The notes under the pieces are model-generated. The model had not been told where the DNA came from. It ran no database searches and saw nothing but the letters and a program-made list of their open reading frames with translations. From assembly GCA_028534125.1 (NCBI GenBank), contig CM052832.1, positions 11,782,001-11,846,000 of the forward strand: a DNA stretch of 64,000 nt, in the 5' to 3' direction. The stretch comes from Lama glama. Taxonomy: Eukaryota. Position numbers and translations under genes: made by a program. Of the stretch, positions 37,371 to 51,537 are shown one piece after another (positions within the stretch are counted from its first letter, which is position 1; each line of letters starts with the position of its first letter).

Positions 37371-40300
37371 CTTAAAAACACCAAAGAAAAAGTACTGAGT
37401 GAGATTTTAAGATTGTATACAGCTGATTCCTTTTGAAAAATTATTATTAAGACATAAGGTACAGCACAATTAAGGTATGGTATCGAAATAAGTTGATGTC
37501 GTAAGAGAACAGTATAGGATTTTGGATATATTAACCATTAGGAATATTATTCCATGGCTCTAGAGCGAGATGGCTTAAAGAACAAATGTCCAAATCCTTG
37601 CCAAATTGTAATTATTTAGTTCAAAAAAGTCTAGGTCTCCAATGCCAGCTCCAAAAAAGTACAGTAGGTGCTCAATAATTATCTGTCGAATGAATTCATT
37701 TATTCTAAATTGGACTCTCGAAAGTTTCAAGTGTTAAACATAAGGGTTTGAACTTTTATTTTTCAAGCTGAATAACTTACAGCACTCAAGAGCACTTAGA
37801 CTCCCTGCTAGTTTCCCTGTGTAATGTTGCAGTTTCAGATTTTGAAAACTAAAAATTTTCTGCTTAAAACATGACACATCTGTCTTAAAACTTTCATAGT
37901 GCCCTCATTTGTTCTCTCCTACTAAACAGTGACTAACTGTTTCAAATTGCCAGATTCCCCATAAATAATCAAACTGGGCTTGTGTCCAAAGATTCAACTG
38001 CCTTGACATTCTGGAGACCATTTTAAAGGTATGTATGTGTTAGACCTGACATGTCCAGACCCTGCTCATCTAGCAAATTATATAGACTAACCCAAATGTT
38101 ACCGTATCATCAGCTTTCCCTGCCTCAGCACACAATCAGACTCTGAGGAAGGTCCAATTGCTTATTCGGGGTTAGCTCCTAGACCTCTTTGACCCTAGTG
38201 CCTCTCCATGTGGAGCGTAGAATCCAAATACATTTATGAGAAGATATAATTCTACTTCCCTATCTTTAAATGCATACTAACTTTTCTTTCTCTTTTACTT
38301 TTCCCAACCCAAAACACACACAGACACACAGAGTTTTCATGGCCATTCTGACACTTCTTACTGCAGCTGTTCCATGCTTTAGATCCTGACTAATACTACC
38401 ATTTAAAGGAAACTAAATGAATTTTAGTTTGGATAAATTCATGGACAGGTCAGAGAAGAAACTGAGAAAGTGAGGTTTAATTACTGATTTTTAGGATATG
38501 CTTTTATGATATTAAATAAACTGTCAAAATTAATTTGGGTCCAGACGTTCTGGCCCTGGGAGAGCAGACTGAGAGCATACAACCCTTCAAAAATGCAAAC
38601 TAATATCACTACTTCTAGACCTGTTCTTCTTTAGGTTAGGTTGTCATGTATTAGACATTTGTATGATGTGCCTCCCACCCCTACCCCTTAGCTAATTAGA
38701 TCAAAGGTGGATAACCAGTCCAAGAAGAGCCAGCAATATCCCTTCTCCCAAGGATTTGGACTCAGGGTTCAGAACTGCTACCCTGAGCTTATCCTAGTCA
38801 CAGCTTAATCTACACAGACTTCTGAACTCAGGAGCTACAAAGCACCGTCTTCTACCCTGAACACAGAAGATGAGAAGGACAGAGGGCTGGCCTTGACAGG
38901 AGGAGAGACAGGTGGTGTCATCCTCGGTGCAAGAAGGGGAACCTTAGCTCATAAAGATGTCAGCTTCTCTGGACGGCTTTCTGCCTCCTTGGCTCAGCAT
39001 TCATGTTTGCCTTGATGTGTTTTTCTAGTTGTTTCACGTTGAAGCATTTGGTTCTGGTACCAGATTTTGAAACTTGACAGCGAAAAACATTATCTCCCAC
39101 TTTTGTCTCCCCTTTTGCACCTGCACCTTGGGAAGAGGATCATGATTATCTAATAAACATCAGTTGATTATTATCAGAATGAAAGGCACCCTCCCTCTCA
39201 CTCTCTGGATGTGGGGGTGTCAATTCCGAGGCTGACACAGGGTTTTGAATTTCTTGAGTGGATCCCGAAAAAAATTGAGTTGAGCCTCCTCCAGGTTAAT
39301 GTAGGAGCAGTGTGGGTTGGTGGCTGTTAACATAAAAATGCATTCAGCTAACCCCTGAGTCCCTGGAATTCCTTCCATTTTTAGGACTTCAAAGAGAAGA
39401 ATGCTAACCATTTATGAATAAAATGCAAACGTTTTTCCATCTTTTAAAAATGGGAATCAACTCTAAAATATTTTTACCTATTTTTGACTTAGTTTTTAAA
39501 ATTTTCTGTTCACCTAGACAAAAGACAGAATGAAGAACAACTCTTCCTTCCCAATCACTGAAGCTGCTTAAATTGGCTCTATGGAAACACACCCATTTAC
39601 ACGCTCCTTAAAATGTGATCTTTGAAAATTGCCCTAATGCTGAGATTTGCTTCATTTTATGGCATTTACTATCAATTTTTATTAAAACATTCACTTTTTA
39701 GGTTGGTTTGCTAAAGTCATAGACTGTTTATCTCCTTTTGGGGAAAAAGGATAAAATCTTTGTGGGTGCCTTTTCTTTCACAAATGAGGTCGTTTTACTC
39801 CTTGTGGGTTTTTTTGTTTTGTTTTGTTTTGGTACTCACTGATCCCTATAAGTGACAAAACAAAACAAAAACAAAAACACACCCCGAAATATCACCCTGG
39901 AATAATATCAAGTGAGACTTAAACCACTGGCACCTAAGAACTCATTTGGAAGCTCAAAAGCAGGGAGCTTTGCTAGAATTTGGAATATTTGGAATATTGA
40001 AAATCTTCAGCCTAGTTAGTACTTTTGAAACTGCAGGGCGAATCCTATGTGATATAATGGAAAAATACTAGAATCAGTGTATTTTCAAGAAGTTTTAACC
40101 TAGTTGAGAAAAGAAGACTTGGAAACAAGAACAACATGATAGTAAATATAATTAATTGTCAAAATTTAACAGGTGATAAGCTTGGAGGAGACTTTCAATC
40201 AGAGGCTCCTAGGAAGAATGAAACTGAAGCTGGTTCTTCGAAAAGAAGGGAGAAAAGAACCCCGGGCTTGGCAACGGTCACGAGCAACCAGGAATACAAA

Positions 40301-42642
40301 GCTCAGGATTCACCCAGAAGGAGGCTGCAGGACAGGGTGCTGCAGCAGAGGAGAACCTCGGGTGAGCGGCTGAACCACACACCTGCGTGATGATTCAGGG
40401 ATGGAACGTGGACAGATCTGAACGTCAGGAGAAAGCTAAAACCCAACTCAATGGAAGGGAGTGATTATCCATTATTAAGTTGGAGAGTAATGATTTTAGG
40501 AAAACTAGTCTACTCCCTACTGAATTTAACCAACAAGGAGCCTTCTTTTCACTCCAGAGAATATATAAAACACTGAACAACTAGTGAAATATGGAAAGCT
40601 TAAAATCCTCCTTAGAATACTGAGGAAAACTTGTTCAATGGAGTCATCATTTTAATGATGTCAAAGCTATTTCCAGTTTTATGTTAGCATCTACCGCAGC
40701 CCAGCGGTCCTCCCCTCCCACAGTATGGTGCAGAATCCGCCAGTCCCACCTTCAAAACAAGGCTCTCTTTGGGGCATCACACCCTAGTTACCTAATAGCG
40801 GGAGCTAACATAGAATGAAAAATACAATCTATACCAGACAATATAAGGGAAACTTTGATAAGTAAAATTAATTAACAGAAATGGTCAGAACCACTGGGAA
40901 ACACTATAGAGGCAAGTGTAAAAGATGTTTTAGAAAATCTGTATCATGTTATTGTAATTATTCCAAAGAGATTTGTGCTAAGAACTTTAAAATCACGCCT
41001 CCCCAAAGCAAGAATTGTATATAGATTATTCAATTTGAAGGAAGTGTTTGTCAAGGTTTAAACTTGAGAAAAAAGTGTCAGCGAAGTAAATGTTTTTCTG
41101 AATGAGGAACTGCTAACGGTGGCATTCCCTGAGCCCTGCAGATATGGCCATTTTTATTTAATATTAAAACATTTTTAAGAGCCATGGTAAAATTTCCAAG
41201 TTTGCAGCTGCCACTGGGCCCTGAGAGCTCCTAAACAATGACTCTTGTGATGAACCTCACAAAGTTGTGTAAAGGCCGTTAGAAAACCTCAAAATGTGGG
41301 CCTCAGTGTAGGGTCACCAGCCAAGGTGAGGAGGAGAAATATCCACACCAGAAAAGGGCATAAAAATGACTAAAGACACCTCCCTTAAGGGCAGTGGCTC
41401 TTTGGAGGTTATTCTCAATTCTCATTGCATATTACAATCACTTGGGAAGTTTTTAAAAGGACTGAGCGCCCCACCCCACTGCCTCCTCTGGGGGATTTGG
41501 GGGCCCAGGCACTGGCTGAGAACCACTGCTTAAGACGTTCACGGGTCCAGCGTGCTGCACTAACAGCGATCATCAACAGGAAAAAACCAGAAACCGTTAT
41601 CGTGACCTTCTGCAGGAGGTGTTGGGAGGAGACTGCAAATGGAATGGTTGAGTTTCAAGGGACCAAGACTTTGGAAGAAGATATATTTAAAATTAGAATC
41701 CTGAAGGGTGAGTGGAGACTTGCTCTGAAGCCCAGAATGGTGCTATACTGGAGTTTCTTGGAAGCCACAGAGACAGAATACTGGGGCCAGAGGGAAGCTT
41801 CCCTCGAGAGTCATCGTCAAGACGATGCAGAAACGTTCTCAGGAAGCAGTGGACAAGTAAGCAGAGGCAGGAACCAGGTGCTGGGAACGACAGGCTCCCA
41901 CGGAGAGGGCAGGAGGGCTGGCTGGCCAGGAGGACACATCACCCGACTGCAGTGAGAGCAGCCGCTGCTGCGGCAATTTCCTGGCCAATGTGGGTGTTCA
42001 GTCCTGGAGGAGAGGGGAGGGAGGCCAGGGGGGTTGGAGCCCGCAGAGCTTAGCGCAGCACTGGCTAGTGGGTCTATGCAAATTCCCATGGCGGCACTCG
42101 GGGCTCCTCCTCCTACTGGGTAAGCCTGCTTCCATCTCAACGACACCCTCCACCACTCTCCTACCCAAGAAAGCTGTCCTTGACCAGCCAAATCTACTTC
42201 TCCTTCTCATGGGAAAGGAGAGGTGATCATTTTGTCCTCTGCAACAGGAGGAGGGTCCACAAGACACATGATGCCCTTGAACTGGGGTGAGTTGATGGCA
42301 TGATGCCGAACCATGCTTCAGTAAGAGAAGTGCACGGGAGGGCAGGCGGGCGCTGGCTCTTTGACCACTAGTTTCTGCATTCTAATGTGTGATGAACTCC
42401 AGCAAGAACCCCTCCCAGAATACAGACACTTCAGATTATGTGACATGAACCAATGTACCCCCTTCTTTTTTTTCAGTCTGTGCAAGGACGAAGGTATATA
42501 CATCATGTGTGTATAAAGCAAGGGATATCTGAGTTAATTTGGAGGGATCAATTACTCAATCAACAAATCAGGTTTTTGGCTATCATGCCCAACACTAGAA
42601 AAATATGTCACGATCTGTCAAATTCAGAACGGTCCTTCCCAT

Positions 42643-42792
42643 AGCAGTTGTGTCTTGAACTCTAATGTGTGCATGAATCACTTGGGCATCTTATTACAAT
42701 GCAGATTCTGATTCAGCAGGTCTGGGGTGGAGACTGAGATACATCGCTTACAAGTTCCCAGGTGATATGGATGCTGCTGACCCAGGACCACA
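42643..42792. mobile_element. MER5A hAT-Charlie element
   Basis: gaatcacttggg...aatgcagattctgattcagcaggtctggggtgg...acaagttcccaggtgat...ggaccaca. Confidence 0.75.
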
Positions 42793-43153
42793 AGCCCCTA
42801 AAGAATTCTGGATTTTTCTATCAAATTGGCTCTGTCCTAACCAAGAAAATACATGTAGGCACTACCACAGAAAACATCTCTGAAATTGAAGAAAACACAA
42901 CAGGGGAAAACATGCTTGGATGATCTATATTCCCTGTGTAGTCACAGAACTGGATAACAGAATTTTAGAAATGGGAAAAATCTTGGACGGTCACCTCTTT
43001 CTGCCTCTAAACACGCCGAAGGGGAAACAGAGGTCCTGAGAGGGACATACCTTGACCAACCTTACGTAGCTAGTTGATTTCACAGCAAGTCTCAAGTCCA
43101 GGCCTCCTGACTCTCCATGAAGTGCTCTTTCTAACACACTACAGTGGGATTTT

Positions 43154-43653
43154 NNNNNNNNNNNNNNNNNNNNNNNNNNNNNNNNNNNNNNNNNNNNNNN
43201 NNNNNNNNNNNNNNNNNNNNNNNNNNNNNNNNNNNNNNNNNNNNNNNNNNNNNNNNNNNNNNNNNNNNNNNNNNNNNNNNNNNNNNNNNNNNNNNNNNNN
43301 NNNNNNNNNNNNNNNNNNNNNNNNNNNNNNNNNNNNNNNNNNNNNNNNNNNNNNNNNNNNNNNNNNNNNNNNNNNNNNNNNNNNNNNNNNNNNNNNNNNN
43401 NNNNNNNNNNNNNNNNNNNNNNNNNNNNNNNNNNNNNNNNNNNNNNNNNNNNNNNNNNNNNNNNNNNNNNNNNNNNNNNNNNNNNNNNNNNNNNNNNNNN
43501 NNNNNNNNNNNNNNNNNNNNNNNNNNNNNNNNNNNNNNNNNNNNNNNNNNNNNNNNNNNNNNNNNNNNNNNNNNNNNNNNNNNNNNNNNNNNNNNNNNNN
43601 NNNNNNNNNNNNNNNNNNNNNNNNNNNNNNNNNNNNNNNNNNNNNNNNNNNNN
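43154..43653. other. Assembly gap (exactly 500 N) where DNAH8 exons are missing
   Basis: N run; the protein jumps from the start of AAA5 to late AAA6 across it. Confidence 0.97.
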
Positions 43654-45136
43654 TCAGGAATAATAAGAACAAGGATAATCGGCCAGGGAAGGCTAGAGGA
43701 ATGAGGAATGAGGACAAGTTATAGTTGAGCCGGATCCGGGAAGCTAAGTCCAGGAGCAGGAGTGCTCCATACTCACCACTCATGCACTTGTGTGTGTGCA
43801 GGTCCTCGGAAGCCTCACTCCCACTAATTCCATTTCCCTTAACTCTTCCCCTCCACTTACACGCTCTGATCCTTTCCAGGATTTCTCTGGGAGGTCTAAG
43901 TTAACACAGACCGGAGTAGTAACGAGGTAGGAGTATCCTGGGGTGCTCCTGAGTGCTAGGCAGTGTCCACCTGCCTGCAAAGCCCTGATCTCAGAAGGAA
44001 ATCTTTCAATATTTCACCATTAAGTATGGGGTTGGCTTTTTGTAAATACTCTTTATCTAATTAAGGAAGATCTCTCCTAATCTTAGTTTGCCGGACGTTT
44101 TATCATGAATAGGTGTTGTATTTTCCAAGTGCTTTTTTTGCATTTATCAAGGTGACCACCTGACTTTTCTGGGTTTGTTTTTTCCCCCTATAATGATGAC
44201 ACACTTTGATTAATTCAATTCAGTAAATATCAGAATGACTACCCTATTTAAAGAAACGTGCAGAAAATACAAAGATGTTGTAAAACCACAAACCTGGCTA
44301 ACGAGACCTTTATGGTACAGTCAAGATAAAAGACAAACATGCAAAGAACAATAATTTAACACAGACTCTTAAGTCCACAACGGAAGTACAAGTTGTGTGA
44401 GGAGTCAGGACAGGCTATATTAAGCTGGGGACTCAGATAAGCCTTGATGAAAGTCACACTGGATGTGGACTTTGGAGAATGTTTAAGATTTTTATTGCAG
44501 ATGTAAGTAAAGTGAGCACTAGGGTGGAGAGGACACTCTGGTTAGTAGACATAGTGCAAGCAAAAATATGGATCCAGAAGACTTAGAACTGGGAACAGTG
44601 TCTAGGAAACAATGAACAGTCCAGTCCATATTGGTAGCTGAACTGAAATATCAATGTAACAAGATCCCCAAAGGGGCCAGGGATTTTGGAACCCCGTCCT
44701 CGTCCATCTCCACCTTAAGATGAACACCTGGGTAGACTCCAACTCCAACACTGGACTCTAGTATGCTACGCAGTAGTACTACCAAGTGCCAAGCTAGGCT
44801 GGCACAGACAGCCTTAAACCGAGGAGTCAAGTCCTATTTTTGTTGTTTTACTATAAGCCCAAACCCAAGGCCCAGAAAAAAAGCTACATCCAACAATGGC
44901 AAAAGGAACAGAACCAGGGAAAAGGACAGAGAGAAAGAGAGTGAGATCAAGAGAGAGCACAAAAGAGAGAAAATAATTAGAGCCTTGGCCTCAAATCAGT
45001 GTTTCAAAACTCAAGGGTATAAATTAGCAAACAACTATCATAGAGATGACAACTTTATGACTGACAGATTCAATTGAAACTTTGGGAAAACTTCATAATT
45101 TCAAGATTACTTTCCCATGCACCAAATGGCACATAC

Positions 45137-45292
45137 CTGCAAGTCATTTTCTTTTTCCTTTGATTTAATCCAAGTTTTGCCTTGAGTTTGTGGATCTATG
45201 AGGAGTGGGTATCTGGTGGCCTTTGTCACAATGATGCCATTCTGAATTGAGAGGTCATCTCCTGGTAATCCCTGCAGCCCCCACTCACCAAT
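45137..45292 (-). CDS. DNAH8: DNAH8 coding exon 12/20 (start of AAA5)
   Basis: tgtcag|ATT ... CAG|gtatgt; 156 nt; [52 protein letters not shown], containing the conserved PLLIDPQ motif. Confidence 0.95.
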
Positions 45293-46801
45293 CTGACAGG
45301 AAATGGATGTGGCCATTCAAAGGAAAACAAGAAGCCTTTCGTTAGTAATTAACAGTGCCATGATATAAAAGAATCTAAAATTTGGACATTTTTTTTCCAC
45401 TGAGGATAGGTAACAAATACCTAGGAAAAGAAACTAAACTTGTAAATGTGAACCAAGTAATATTAAATTAAAAGAAACAAATTTATCATCTAATAAATCC
45501 TTTCTCTAGAAACCCAAGGCTAGGTTAAATCTTTTACATTGTGTTTTCATACTTATGAGGAAATATTGTAAACTGACTGCATGTTAAACCTGATTTGAAG
45601 ATTTTAAAGCATGGTTGCCGAACATTAGGAGAACACAGGGACTTGAAATATGGTGAGGCTGGGTGGGTGGTGGGATCCAGATGGACTTAGAGGTAGCAGA
45701 GATAATGAATACACTGAGAAGACAGAGAAGGTAAGCCCTAAGGGTTAAGCCTCTGAAACTTCCCCTTCCTACCCTTTGGTTCTGCTTACATGGGGGAAGG
45801 GGGACCGCACAGCTGGAGGTAGAGAAATCAGGGGAGAGGAGATATTATACTGGCAGGAACTCATCGATGACATGTTTCTTAATATTTCCTTTCAAAATCA
45901 AGAGGGAACTGCCAGCCTGGCTCCAAGTGGTCAATAAAATCACCCAAGATCCAATGAACCAACCAGCCTCCACCTTCATTAAATTATCCCAGTTCCCTGA
46001 AAGGCCATAATCAATAAAGAATATCCTGGCCCACTTTGCCTCGCCTGTGCCCAGTGCATCTTCAGTATGTCAGCTAGTCCCTGTAAGGACCAGGTGAACA
46101 TTGTTTAAATGGAAAAGATTATTTTTTAACCTTAAATAGAGATAACTTGAAATTAGTAGCATGGCTTCCCTAAAGAACCTGCAACTGGGGACCATATTTA
46201 CGTATCAAAAAGCAGCTCGTGAATACAAATTGCCTGGAAAGCACCTAATACCGCAGGAGCTCTGTTAAGATATACCGAAAATTGACAGTGGCATCAAATT
46301 CCCAGCAAGGAAGGTTAGTGTAGCAGCCAGCGTGAGCTATTAACTCAGTGATGACAGAATGTGCTATTGTGTTATGCTGTTGAACATTATAAAAAGATGG
46401 TTAATGACCGAAAGAAAGTTAACAATACCAGTACTTTCGGCCGAGCTAAAGCCTACATTTTCCTAGAATGTTTGTAAGAGAGAGTGACTTAATAGGACTG
46501 GTGTAAACAGTGGTGGCTTTTAAGAAGAGTTCAGTATTAACAAGCCTGTAACTCATAAATGATCTTTTAATTTATAGTGGTGCAACCGGTATTAATTTGA
46601 AAGCAAGATTTCCTAAAATGCACAGCAACTTTTATATCACAAAGGAAAAAAAAATTCTTGTAATGCTTTAGCTTTTTCAAAACAATCCTTTCAATTAAAT
46701 GAAAAAAGAAAAAAATCAGGTGTCAAATTACCTTGATTTCCTAGTAGGTCAGAAACAAAATGAGGCTGAAATTCAAACAATATAAGGAGAGTAACACTTA
46801 C

Positions 46802-46973
46802 CGTTGGAGGATCCACCAACATTGAAATAAGATTCAGGTTTTCAGTGAAAGGAATCTTCCGTGCTTTCAACTCTACCTCCCACTGATCTTTAAGCAAATA
46901 GTTCCTAAATATCTGATTAAAAGGACCAAGGTAGGAAAGGAATCCAGTGCACAGCAGAATATCACCTACAAGT
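46802..46973 (-). CDS. DNAH8: DNAH8 coding exon 11/20
   Basis: aacag|A ... ACG|gtaagt; 172 nt; [31 protein letters not shown]...LVDPPT. Confidence 0.95.
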
Positions 46974-47757
46974 CTGTTAAGAAAAACACAAAGTGACTTT
47001 TAAGCTCTCCCAGCAGGAGTTTGAAAGGCCACGGGGCAGTTTTCTTACTACGTGAAATCCTTCTTTGCTCCCTGCTCCACCCTTGGCAGAAGACATGGAA
47101 GGATCATGGAAAAAGGAACCCAGATGCACAAAAGGGGACAGGAGTGGACTCATTCTGCGTAAGTCAGGGAGCAAGAGAGAAGGTTCCTTCCTGAAGCCTA
47201 CAGGTCCTGAGGCTTGGCTTCCAGAAGAGGAAAGCATCCTTTTCCCATCCCATCCCATGCCCTGGTCCTGTCCAGATTCACTCTTGATTAAATTACTTTT
47301 TCTTCTTCTTTGTCTTCCTTCTTTTTTTTTTTTTTTTTTGCCATTCTCCTACTCCCCTCTTATTCCCTCTCTTCAGGTTTTCTGAAGACACGCCAGAAGA
47401 CCTCAGCACTAGATACCCTTCCATTTAAAACTGTTGATCCACACTTTCAAAATCCCTGAGGTGAAGAGTGTAGACCTGGAGCCAGTATCTAGATGGTTCT
47501 GGCAAATCCAAATAATGTCAGAAGTACTCTCGCACCAAAACCCCACATTTCTGAACCTAAACTGAGATTTAAAATGTTTCACAAAGTTTTCTTCCCTCTC
47601 AGTTCTACTGAGTGTGTGTGGTTCTGGGATGGAGACAAGGAAGTGGAGAAAAGCACTGCAGGGGAAAGAACTTTATGTTCTCTCTTGTCACAAAGAGATG
47701 GCCTTTGGGGTGATGACTAAGAAGGATGGCAATTATAACAAAGACCAAAATGCATAC

Positions 47758-47885
47758 CTATTAATCTGAACTTTGAACTCTTTGCTTTGCTGAGTCCATC
47801 GGACCTTTTCCCCACTCAGTCCATCAATGAGGGTGGAAGCTGCCTGCATCTTTTTCCGGCACATATCAGCATCATTAAGCAGATC
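47758..47885 (-). CDS. DNAH8: DNAH8 coding exon 10/20 (stalk CC2)
   Basis: tgtag|GAT ... AG|gtatgc; 128 nt; [42 protein letters not shown](R). Confidence 0.93.
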
Positions 47886-48262
47886 CTACATTCACAAAGG
47901 GAGAATGTCTCAGAGAGCTCTTTACATTGCTTAATCAAACATCCATTATGTTCACATGCAAAAATACATGGAGGAATTTCTTAATTTGCAAAATAAGTAT
48001 AATCTGAAAATACAATGTGAGAATTTTACATATTAAATCATGTATTTCATTCATAATAGTTATTTTACCTTGAAAAATTTCAAGGAGAGCCATTTTGTAA
48101 GAGAGACTCCAAATCACATAATTTACATAGTGTTTCTGTTAAAGATTTTCAAAACATAATCAAATCAGTAAAATACACCACTTTAAGTCTTGGATTTAGT
48201 AATAACTATGAGTTCTTTGCAGTTTACTAAGGATTTTTTCCCCAGAAATATCCTACATGACT

Positions 48263-48694
48263 ATAGTCTGCTACAGCCAGCTTATATCAGCTCACAAGAG
48301 TCAACTGTTAAATTTTGAGACAAGTTGTGAGCTGGTGTTAAACACAACCATTACTAAAAAATAAATTATATAAACTTATAATTAAACAAATTATATTGAA
48401 AGGAAGGGTAATAATAAAAATTCATCAATTCGTAATTATTTACTACATTTTTCCATAATCTATACTCTTGAGGATGTTTAAGTTCATTGTATCTGCTTGG
48501 TGGAAATAGTATATACAGTGTGCTGTATCTTTTTCCAAATCTGCGTTGTGTTGTCACATTGATAGCTTAAAATTGATGGTGGCGGGGGTACCTAGACCAC
48601 AGAGATCAGCCAACACCGTAAACCAAGGCTTTCTTCTCCCCCAAGCCCTTGCCCCCTACAAGCCGATTGTTAAACGTTTACCCGACCACCAGTG
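48263..48694 (+). mobile_element. hAT DNA transposon (MER63B-like)
   Basis: aattatataaacttataattaaacaaatt, ctcttgaggatgtt, ggtggaaatagtatat, gccgattgttaaacgtttacc...caccagtg; reverse-complement similarity to 56765-57158. Confidence 0.75.
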
Positions 48695-49054
48695 CTTACA
48701 ACCTACACCATGAGGTTGTGTGAGGCTGTCCATTTGACAGATAAAGCTGGTCAGTTGCCTGCAATGGCACAATTCATCAGTGCCTGAGCTGGATCTCAAA
48801 CCCAGTTTTCTGACTCCAAAGTCAGTACTCTTTGCGTATGACATCACAGCTTCCTCTTATAGAAAACAATCACTAAAAACAGAAAAAAGATCTTGGGGTG
48901 TTGAAGACCTAAAATAAGTAGACACTGCCAGTGAGTAAGGGCATTTGGATAAATATTTTTTCTTCATAAACATCTGCCTGATTTCTAAATACAACACATA
49001 CTTGTGTAACATTTCAGTACGTTGCACTGGTAATTGTTGTGCACTTAATCTCAC

Positions 49055-49192
49055 CATTTTCTCATTCATTGCTGCGTCAAATTTTGCTTGCACTTTATCC
49101 AGCTCTCCTTGTTTCTCATCAAGCAGTGCCTGAGCCTTCCCCAGTTCAGCGTTAGCAACTGATAAACGGCCCTCTTGCTTGGCCAGGTTAGC
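49055..49192 (-). CDS. DNAH8: DNAH8 coding exon 9/20 (stalk CC2)
   Basis: tttgaag|GCT ... ATG|gtgaga; 138 nt; ANLAKQEGRLSVANAELGKAQ...AAMNEKM. Confidence 0.95.
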
Positions 49193-50566
49193 CTTCAAAG
49201 GAAGAAGATGTGATTAGTGTAGAGCTGTATTAGTGCTACGAAACATTCATTTCAGTTGGTAACTAATAACATAAATTACTACATAATTTTTGCCCTCTTT
49301 GGAAGTCATCTGTTTTGGTGTCTTCAGCTGCAGAAGCAGAGAAATGTCATTACAGTTGATTTTTTTTCCTTGTACCTGCTAATGTTCATATGAAAAATGC
49401 CAAAATATATGAGGACGAGTGAAAAAAATCACTCATGATTTTACCCAGAGATAGTCTGTAAGTATTGTGTCAAGAAGTTGATAACGAGCATTTTGATTTT
49501 TTTCACTTAAAATAGTACAATCATTTCCCCCACATCCTTAAATAATTTTTTCATGAATATTAGTTATATGGCTGCACAATATCCCACAATTTGGATGTAT
49601 CATAATTTATTTAACCTTTGCCCTACTTTTAAACATCTCTCCCCTACCTCAAATTTTAAAGTATTATAAAGAGTGCTATATAATAAATCCTATTGGGTAG
49701 GTAAATATTTTGGTTTCCTTGGTAAAGATTTTTGAAGTGAAATTACTGTAACAGGAGTTTTTCATCTTTTTCTAAGTCCTACGGCATGGTAATTATCTGT
49801 TTCTTATAAATTTAAAGTAATTAATCAGTAAAGAAATAGAGCCCTAGAGCCTTCTAGGGTAGAAGTTCCTTGGTAACTTTCTCACTTTCTTTCTCGATAT
49901 TTGGTTTTTTGAAATTAGCTCTTTTTCTCAGTAAGTTTTCATTTCATTTAGATGTTCTAATGTATTTACATACAACTATGTAATATCTGCTATTTATTTA
50001 AATCTACACATCTGTGATTATATGCATTTACCTTTTGATATTCATTTGTTTTTGTGTATTTTCTTCTTGATTAGATTTTCCAAGAACACATCTCTTACAT
50101 ACATATATTTTTGCAGAGCACCAATTCTTTAATTCTACTACTTTTCTCTGTTATTTTTATTAGCTTTATTCTACTTTCCTCAAATTGCGTGTGTGTGTGT
50201 GTTTATGCTTACAGGTGAGTATTTATACATACTGGAGTGTTTAGTTTCTTTGATTCACTTAAGGGCTAGGAATGTAGCATTTCTGGCCACATCACAGAAG
50301 CTTTGGTAACTAGCTTTTTGCCATCATTTTCTAAATAGAAGTGACTGGCTTTTTTTTTTTTAATATAAACATTCTAATTTTGTTGCTTATAATCAGAGAA
50401 TGAGGTCTCAGCAATTTTTGCTTTGGGGAACTGAATCAAAGCCTTCTTTTAGAATTAAGTATGATCAATTTTTGTCCATGTGTCTTGGACACTAGACATA
50501 ATCTCATAGTCTTTGTTCATACTGAAGAAAGTTCAATGTAGTTATTCAACCTTAAAAATAATATAG

Positions 50567-50741
50567 CGTGTGTAGCACAGAGAACTATATTCAATATCTT
50601 GTAGTAACTTAGGGTGACGACAAAGAATATGAAAACGAATGTATGTCTGTTCATGTAGGACTGAAGCATTATGCTGTACACCAGAAACTGACACACTGTA
50701 AACTGACTATACTTCAATAAAAATACATATATTAAAAAAAT
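50567..50741 (+). mobile_element. 5'-truncated relatively young LINE-1 3' end (artiodactyl/camelid type)
   Basis: gtagcacagagaactatattcaatatcttgtagtaac...gctgtacaccagaaactgacacactgtaaactgactatacttcaataaaaa plus A-rich tail; TSD aataatatag at 50557-50566 and 50742-50751. Confidence 0.85.
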
Positions 50742-50781
50742 AATAATATAGTATAAAATCTATAATTAATTTATGCCTATT

Positions 50782-50919
50782 CAGGACTGGCTACATAAAA
50801 GTGCAAAGAGGAAATGCAGGGACCCTTGTTTAAAAAGGATTAAGGACTTCAAGAGGGGACAGCAGAGCATTAAGCCAAGCACAGTCCCTTCGACAGCTGG
50901 CTCTCTACCTACCGGACCT
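50782..50919 (+). mobile_element. MER45A-like hAT element
   Basis: caggactggctacataa...gaaatgcagggacccttgttt...gacagcagagcattaagccaagc. Confidence 0.65.
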
Positions 50920-51494
50920 GTCGCGGGTTAATGGTGTATGCCACAATCTCAAATCACAGTATTATCTTTGTTAATTTCCACTTAAAATATTAATGGACTT
51001 TACCTTATGTAATGTGATGCTATTTTATTTATTGCATAAGGCATTATTACAATGAAGTCTCACTGTGGATCATGATTCTTATCAATAAAAATAACTGCTC
51101 TTATAAGTACTTTTTTTCTTGAATTCTACATTTATAGTAACATCTCTCTCTTGGTATCTTTTTGTTTGGGTGTACTTGCTATATTTGCTCACCATTTCTC
51201 TTTGTTAAAACTTTTAAATTTATTTTCTGTTTTACTCAAAGTTACCTACAGGCAAAGTTTAAAGAGGCAGCTATTTCTATGAGGCTTATTGTGAAAAACA
51301 GTAACCTTCTGCTTGCCTATGTACCATTTTCCATTCCACAGAGCAACCTCTTTCAACTTTTTTAGCTTTAAGGGGCTGAGAGGGTGGAATGGGGGTAGTG
51401 TGTGTCTGAGTGGTATACTTTATGAATCCTTTGCATGACTGAGAATGTATTTTTGTTCCCTCAGAGATAAAAGACAATCTAGCCCAGTATAGAT

Positions 51495-51496
<2 letters not shown>

Positions 51497-51535
<39 letters not shown>
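51497..51535. repeat. (TG)n microsatellite, about 19 units
   Basis: Perfect dinucleotide run. Confidence 0.97.

Positions 51536-51537
<2 letters not shown>

Noticed and set aside
41425..42267. GC-rich intronic cluster of ORFs (176, 124 and 113 aa), checked as possible missing dynein exons or a nested gene
   Set aside because: No dynein motifs in the translations and no recognisable protein family; an unannotated non-coding exon cannot be excluded without RNA data.
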